Positions 7,888 through 11,973 of a stretch of DNA of 11,973 bases are shown here, piece by piece. The notes beneath the pieces were generated by a model, which did not search any database, was not told the origin of the DNA, and worked only from the letters and a program-made list of their open reading frames with translations. Position 1 is the first letter of the stretch. Every line of letters begins with the position of its first letter. This stretch comes from an uncultured archaeon. GTDB lineage: Archaea; Altiarchaeota; Altiarchaeia; IMC4; SCGC-AAA252-I15. Location of the stretch: the NCBI GenBank assembly GCA_964587725.1, contig CAZPLO010000016.1:16597-28569 (forward strand), written 5' to 3'. A program made the translations under genes and the position numbers.

Positions 7888-8289
7888 GTGCATGAGTGGT
7901 CTCTGGCGCAGGCGGTGGTTAAGGCTGCTTCAGACTACGCAGCAGAAAAAAACATCCAGGAGATAACGGGGGCGACGGTGTCCGTGGGCGAACTACAGGC
8001 CATAGACAGGGAATGCTTCGACTTCGCGTTAAACGAGATAGCCCAGCACATGGGATTCAACCCGGAATTCACGGTGGAGGTTGTGCCCGCAGAATTCGAG
8101 TGCCGCAGATGCGGCCGAACCTGGGACTACGCAGACGACAAGAAACGGCTGGGCGAAGAAGAGAAGGAGATGATACACTTCCTCCCCGAAGCAGCCCGCG
8201 TATACGTAAGCTGCCCCGGCTGCGGGAGCAGAGACTTCCGCGTCAGGGAAGGCCGGGGCGTCCTGCTCAAGGCGGTGGAGGGCAGGTGA
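7888..8289 (+). CDS. hypA: Hydrogenase nickel insertion metallochaperone HypA
   Basis: N-terminal MHEWSLA, VGELQAID, zinc-finger CRRC...CPGCGS-x-DF, GRG. The long loop between the CxxC pairs (E-x-IHFLPE) is as in Thermococcales HypA. Confidence 0.95.
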   Translation: MHEWSLAQAVVKAASDYAAEKNIQEITGATVSVGELQAIDRECFDFALNEIAQHMGFNPEFTVEVVPAEFECRRCGRTWDYADDKKRLGEEEKEMIHFLPEAARVYVSCPGCGSRDFRVREGRGVLLKAVEGR

Positions 8290-9027
8290 ATGGACCCCAG
8301 GCCGTCTGTTGTGGAGGAGCGTCTGGAAAACATTAACCGGGTTCTGGCGGTGGCGAGCAGCAAAGGCGGCGTGGGCAAGAGCACGTTAGCGTCCCTGCTG
8401 GCGCTGAACCTCTCCCACATGGGGGAGCAGGTTGGTCTGCTGGACCTGGACTTCCACGGCCCCTCAGACCACCTCATACTCGGATTGGAGGAAGAATTCC
8501 CCGAGGAAGAAGACGGCGTCACACCACCGGAAATACACGGGATAAGGTTCATGTCCGTCGTCTACTACACCCGCGGGGGTGCGATGCCCCTCCGCGGCAC
8601 TGAACTGTCGGACGCCCTCCTGGAAATACTCACCATAACCCTGTGGGGCAGCCTGGACACCCTCGTCGTAGACCTCCCCCCCGGCCTCGGGGAAACCCTT
8701 CTCAACACAATGAACTATCTGAAACAGGCGGAATACCTGCCGGTCACCACACCGTCGCTGCTGAGCACCGAATCCGTGAAAAACCTCATAACCCTCCTCC
8801 AGGAAACCCGCCTTCACACGCCAGGGTACCTAGTAAACAAACCATCGCCCACAGAAACAGGAGAAAAACAGATAAACTACGACATACCCTGCCTGGGGGT
8901 GGTGGAACACGACCCCCTACTCGAAAACGCAATCGGCCACCCCAGGGAACTACTGAACACCCAGGCCTCCAAAAACATCCGAAAAATAATAACACAAAAC
9001 TTAAAACAGTTTAAAAAAAAACCATAA
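8290..9027 (+). CDS. hypB: Mrp/MinD-family P-loop ATPase, probably ATPase-type HypB partner of HypA
   Basis: MDPR start, deviant Walker A SSKGGVGKS, LLDLDFHGPS, LVVDLPPG. It contains only one Cys and so lacks the CxxC of Mrp/ApbC Fe-S carriers, and it starts on the base after the hypA stop. Confidence 0.8.
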   Translation: MDPRPSVVEERLENINRVLAVASSKGGVGKSTLASLLALNLSHMGEQVGLLDLDFHGPSDHLILGLEEEFPEEEDGVTPPEIHGIRFMSVVYYTRGGAMPLRGTELSDALLEILTITLWGSLDTLVVDLPPGLGETLLNTMNYLKQAEYLPVTTPSLLSTESVKNLITLLQETRLHTPGYLVNKPSPTETGEKQINYDIPCLGVVEHDPLLENAIGHPRELLNTQASKNIRKIITQNLKQFKKKP

Positions 9028-9070
9028 ATAATTTAAAGACAAGATTATGGGGGGGGGGTAATTCAGTGTT

Positions 9071-9595
9071 ATGAAAATCAAGGAGACTTCCCCCGGTGAA
9101 CTGGAGGATGTCCTCCGCATACATAAACTCGCATTTACTCAAGACGATGAGGCTGAACTGGTAGACCTATTACTTAAAGATGATAGTGCACAACCTCTAC
9201 TGTCTTTAATTGCGTTGGTCGATGGGAAACCGGCCGGTCATGTTCTTTTCACAAACGTGAAAATCATCGGCGCCGAAAACGTCAGAGCCAGCATACTCGC
9301 CCCCCTGGCGGTCAGCCCTGACTACCAAAACAAAGGTGTTGGCGGTGCACTCATAAAAGAGGGATTGAACAGGCTTAAAAAATCGGGAACAGAACTTGTT
9401 TTCGTATTAGGCCATCCAGGTTATTACCCCCGGTTCGGTTTCACACCCGCGGGAACACAAGGCTATGAAACCCCCCACCCAATACCCCTAAAAGACGCTG
9501 ACGCATGGATGGTCAAAAAACTCACCCCCACAAAATCCAAGGGAAAAATCAAATGCGCAAAAACCCTGGACAAACCCGAATACTGGAAAGAATAA
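9071..9595 (+). CDS. GNAT N-acetyltransferase (YhbS-like)
   Basis: LAPLAVSPDYQNKGVGGALI acetyl-CoA binding motif A and VFVLGHPGYYPRFGF. TTTAAA at 9032-9037 upstream. Confidence 0.92.
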   Translation: MKIKETSPGELEDVLRIHKLAFTQDDEAELVDLLLKDDSAQPLLSLIALVDGKPAGHVLFTNVKIIGAENVRASILAPLAVSPDYQNKGVGGALIKEGLNRLKKSGTELVFVLGHPGYYPRFGFTPAGTQGYETPHPIPLKDADAWMVKKLTPTKSKGKIKCAKTLDKPEYWKE

Positions 9596-9599
9596 AAGC

Positions 9600-9613
9600 T
9601 TGCGGGGGACGAG
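9600..9613 (-). repeat. Direct-repeat copy of the tRNA-Leu 3' end (att-like)
   Basis: TTGCGGGGGACGAG at 9600-9613 is identical to 9735-9748. Similarity extends on both sides: aaaagCt vs aaaagGt, and gagTgttGcgaac vs gaggttcgaac. Confidence 0.85.
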
Positions 9614-9737
9614 TGTTGCGAACATAAGGGCAGGGCACCTGCGGTTCCCCGCCCTTATCAACCCTACCCCTCCCTTGAATTTCACTACGCGAAATTCTTT
9701 CTTTTGATCAACCTTTTCTTTTGTAAAGAAAAGGTTG
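9614..9737. repeat. Hairpin-rich mini-element between the tRNA 3' end and its duplicate
   Basis: Three stems with 3-nt loops: 9624-9658 (16 positions, 2 mismatches), 9677-9697 (9 positions, 1 mismatch/GT) and 9709-9737 (perfect 13 bp). Confidence 0.7.
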
Positions 9738-9844
9738 CGGGGGACGAGGTTCGAACTCGCGCAGGCCTACGCCACTGGGTATCTCCGAATCATGTGTTGG
9801 ATTCGCCTAAGCCCAGCCCATTTGACCGACTCTGGCACCCCCGC
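9736..9844 (-). tRNA. tRNA-Leu(TAG) with 25-nt intron at canonical position 37/38 (intron 9781-9805)
   Basis: Minus strand: acceptor GCGGGGG/CCCCCGC plus discriminator A, D arm GCCAGAGTCGGTCAAATGGG, anticodon arm CTGGG-CT-TAG-G^A-CCCAG, long variable arm, T arm GCGAG-TTCGAAC-CTCGT. The intron CGAATCCAACACATGATTCGGAGAT forms a relaxed bulge-helix-bulge. CCA is not encoded. Confidence 0.95.
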
Positions 9845-10139
9845 AAAAGGATAATAAGCCATTTATGGGCTGTCTAAGTATAGTGGAATCAACAAATAAA
9901 TAATAATCCACAAGTCGATTCAGGTTAATAATACATTTAACATGCACTTTTTCACGAAGTACTAAGGCACGCCTGTTTAACAAGAAAACGCTGTCTGCTG
10001 CCTGGGAAAACAACCTCGATATGGTATTTTCGGGCGTTACTGTAGATATACGCTTTAGTAAAATAAAAAGGCCAAAAGCATTGTATAAGCTTTCCCTGGC
10101 CCCTATACCTAGAAAAGGGCTACAAGCCTTCCGGGTTTA

Positions 10140-10191
10140 GTTTACTACAGGGTGTAGTATATCAAGCGATATACTACAGGATGTAGTAAAC
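10140..10191. repeat. 52-bp nested palindrome (two tandem 17-bp palindromes that together form one large inverted repeat)
   Basis: GTTTACTACA-GGG-TGTAGTATATC-AAGC-GATATACTACA-GGA-TGTAGTAAAC. The 24-bp arms are complementary at 21 positions. Confidence 0.85.
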
Positions 10192-10418
10192 CCTATACAC
10201 TCGACTATCTATTTCCCTAAAACGCTTGAAAACAAGGGATACAAGCCCATTAGAAGCCGTCAAAAAATCAGGCTGGCTGAACTATAGGTCAGGGAAGTTG
10301 AAAGGCAAACAAACGAGGACGGTGCACCAGAACAGACATGTGAGCTACCAGAACAAAAGAATTAGCTTATTTTTTACACAACAAAGAGGAAAATGTCTGA
10401 ATCCGAAGATTGTAGTGA

Positions 10419-10907
10419 TCAATTCCTGTTTGCTATTACTGCATAAAGTCTTTTGATTAGCAGCAACAATGTCAGCAAATAGTGGATTATCAGCAGGTAT
10501 ATGATGAATGGGACATACCACATACCCCCTAAAATCAAGTGAACATCTGTTTCTGATTTGATACTTAGAGAAACAGCCAACAGGAGGGTTAAAATTATGG
10601 TTCCGAGAGCTACAAGGTAGAGTGTTGTTTGGAAGACTTCCATCACTAGTTTTTTCACTTTTCCTTCGTAGTCACGATTAAAGAGCAATATGATTACGTT
10701 GATTGTGAAGCCGATTAGTATAGAGAAAACTATTAGTGTCGATTCAAGGAATGCCCGGCAAGGCTCGATTTCAAACCACACCAGTGATGCAGATAATGCG
10801 ACGGGGATAATGAAGAACAGAGTTATTCCTATCCATGGCTTTGAATTATCCTTCACAACCTGCAGGTGTCCCTTAATTATGGGTGTAATATCAATTGGTT
10901 CAAACAT
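10419..10907 (-). CDS. Four-TM membrane protein, putative effector/sensor of a two-gene defence-like operon
   Basis: 162 aa with four hydrophobic spans (IGITLFFIIPVALSASLVWF; TLIVFSILIGFTINVIILLF; LYLVALGTIILTLLLAVSLSI; VPFIIYLLIIHYLLTLLLLI). Starts 11 bp after the partner's stop; low GC. Confidence 0.85.
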   Translation of the reverse strand: MFEPIDITPIIKGHLQVVKDNSKPWIGITLFFIIPVALSASLVWFEIEPCRAFLESTLIVFSILIGFTINVIILLFNRDYEGKVKKLVMEVFQTTLYLVALGTIILTLLLAVSLSIKSETDVHLILGGMWYVPFIIYLLIIHYLLTLLLLIKRLYAVIANRN

Positions 10908-10918
10908 TTACTTCATCC

Positions 10919-11890
10919 TTATCCAAAATCTATGGATTGTTCTCCTTCTTTTGTTAATATGTGGTTTAGATAATCTTTTGACATTTCAAAAATAGATTGA
11001 CGCGTGGGAAATCCTCCGTCCATCACTAGCTGGTTTTCGTCGAGCGCATGAGCTTCCCTATATTTCCCACCGGTCTGTAGATATAGCGTGCGTTGCATTC
11101 CGGCGTTTTCTATTACTACGGATATCTCCTCTGCTCTCTCCCCCTCTAGTTCAAAGTAGTTGCTATCCCTATTCTTGACTTTTTCGTAGAACTCTCGTAC
11201 CTTGATTTGGAGACCTCCTTTAGCTCTCGTAGTGTATACTCTTTTTTCCTTTAGTTCCTCGGTGTCACCGAGTAATACTTGGTCGGCCAAATCTCGTGGC
11301 ACAGTATCTCGAATTAGACTGAGTTCGGATACTCTATCAGCATTTTCGAGTTGGTGTAAAAGATCAGTTGATATGATGGGGTTGATGTTCACTAAATAGG
11401 TGTTTGATCCAGTACTTAGAAAGTCGGTTAGTGAATCTCGTAGTAAGCTTTTTGCTCCTGCCCACCGAAACTTGTCTAGTAAGATATAAGCCTTCTTTTT
11501 TAGGCCTCCTTGAGGGAAGTGGATTAGAAAGTAGAAGGGTATCTCTTGTGACTGATGGGTTTTTCTGGCGGCAGTCACGCGTGTTTTTCTTATGGTGTCA
11601 TAGGCGTCTTGCCTGTAACCGTATTCGCCGCTCTTGATTATGCCCTGCACCATCCGCCTTTGGGAGTCGGCTTCGTATTCTGCAACGGAGAATGTTTTCT
11701 TGTCCTTACCGAAGTTTATGACTTCTCTGGAGTATTTTTCACAGAACTCGACGAATAGGTCATAGAGGTCCCTTGAAGATCCGTTGTGGGTGATGTTATT
11801 CAAGTATAGCCCTGGATTTTCCTTGTCGTCATATCGTGCATACTTTTTTGTAACATATAGCTTGTAAGGTTGTAGTTTGAATTTTACCAT
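10919..11890 (-). CDS. Soluble 323-aa hypothetical protein, possibly DUF4747/DUF6731/KwaB-like
   Basis: Long clean ORF in AT-richer DNA with GGTG SD upstream. Contains QGIIKSGEYG and IPFYFLIHFP...AYILL, with no recognisable catalytic motif or TM. The family guess is from memory of similar gene pairs. Confidence 0.8.
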   Translation of the reverse strand: MVKFKLQPYKLYVTKKYARYDDKENPGLYLNNITHNGSSRDLYDLFVEFCEKYSREVINFGKDKKTFSVAEYEADSQRRMVQGIIKSGEYGYRQDAYDTIRKTRVTAARKTHQSQEIPFYFLIHFPQGGLKKKAYILLDKFRWAGAKSLLRDSLTDFLSTGSNTYLVNINPIISTDLLHQLENADRVSELSLIRDTVPRDLADQVLLGDTEELKEKRVYTTRAKGGLQIKVREFYEKVKNRDSNYFELEGERAEEISVVIENAGMQRTLYLQTGGKYREAHALDENQLVMDGGFPTRQSIFEMSKDYLNHILTKEGEQSIDFG

Positions 11891-11951
11891 TTTTCAGACA
11901 ACCACACCTAATAGAAAATTTAGGTATATTAGATACTATCTGGCAGAAATC

Positions 11952-11961
11952 TTATATATAA
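11952..11961 (-). promoter_or_regulatory. Candidate TATA box for the two-gene operon
   Basis: Palindromic TTATATATAA ~60 bp upstream of ATG 11890. It could equally serve a divergent gene outside the window. Confidence 0.4.
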
Positions 11962-11973
11962 GGTCTAATAGTG

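Noticed and set aside
8290-9027. Annotation as Mrp/ApbC Fe-S carrier
   Set aside because: It lacks the cluster-binding CxxC, and the hypA adjacency and MDPR start fit ATPase-type HypB better. Not fully excluded without a tree.
10143-10188. CRISPR mini-array or NrdR boxes
   Set aside because: Only two 17-bp units with a 12-bp gap and no cas genes. The odd-length GGG/GGA centre and absence of nucleotide-reductase genes do not fit NrdR boxes.
9807-10456. Short ORFs 9807..10013 (-) and 10226..10456 (+)
   Set aside because: They overlap the tRNA or the 4-TM gene, have no motifs and weak starts; the region looks non-coding.
9600-11973. Autonomous integrated virus or transposon
   Set aside because: No integrase, transposase or viral structural gene is visible in the window; only att-like and palindromic sites.

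Overview
Archaeal genomic window, as shown by an intron-containing tRNA-Leu, TATA-box promoters, an SMS-type Fe-S operon and Thermococcales-style hypA/hypB. A DPANN/Altiarchaeota-like host is my inference. The GC-rich left part (1-~9000) has five minus-strand genes. These are a large beta-propeller surface lipoprotein that runs off the left edge and is missing from the ORF track, a secreted protein of unknown function, a membrane-anchored wHTH regulator, an enlarged GH130-like glycosidase/phosphorylase, and an uncalled 55-aa CPPC membrane peptide. The peptide is divergent from a plus-strand smsC(sufC)-smsB(sufB)-hypA-hypB(ATPase type) metal-cofactor operon, which is followed by a GNAT acetyltransferase. 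Next is tRNA-Leu(TAG) on the minus strand with a 25-nt intron; its 3' end is duplicated 135 bp downstream around a hairpin-packed mini-element. The visibly AT-richer right part (~9850-end) carries a 52-bp nested palindrome with flanking direct repeats and a two-gene operon (323-aa soluble protein plus 4-TM protein). That operon is the best candidate for an uncharacterised, Kiwa-like antiviral system. All family assignments come from motif recognition, not database searches.
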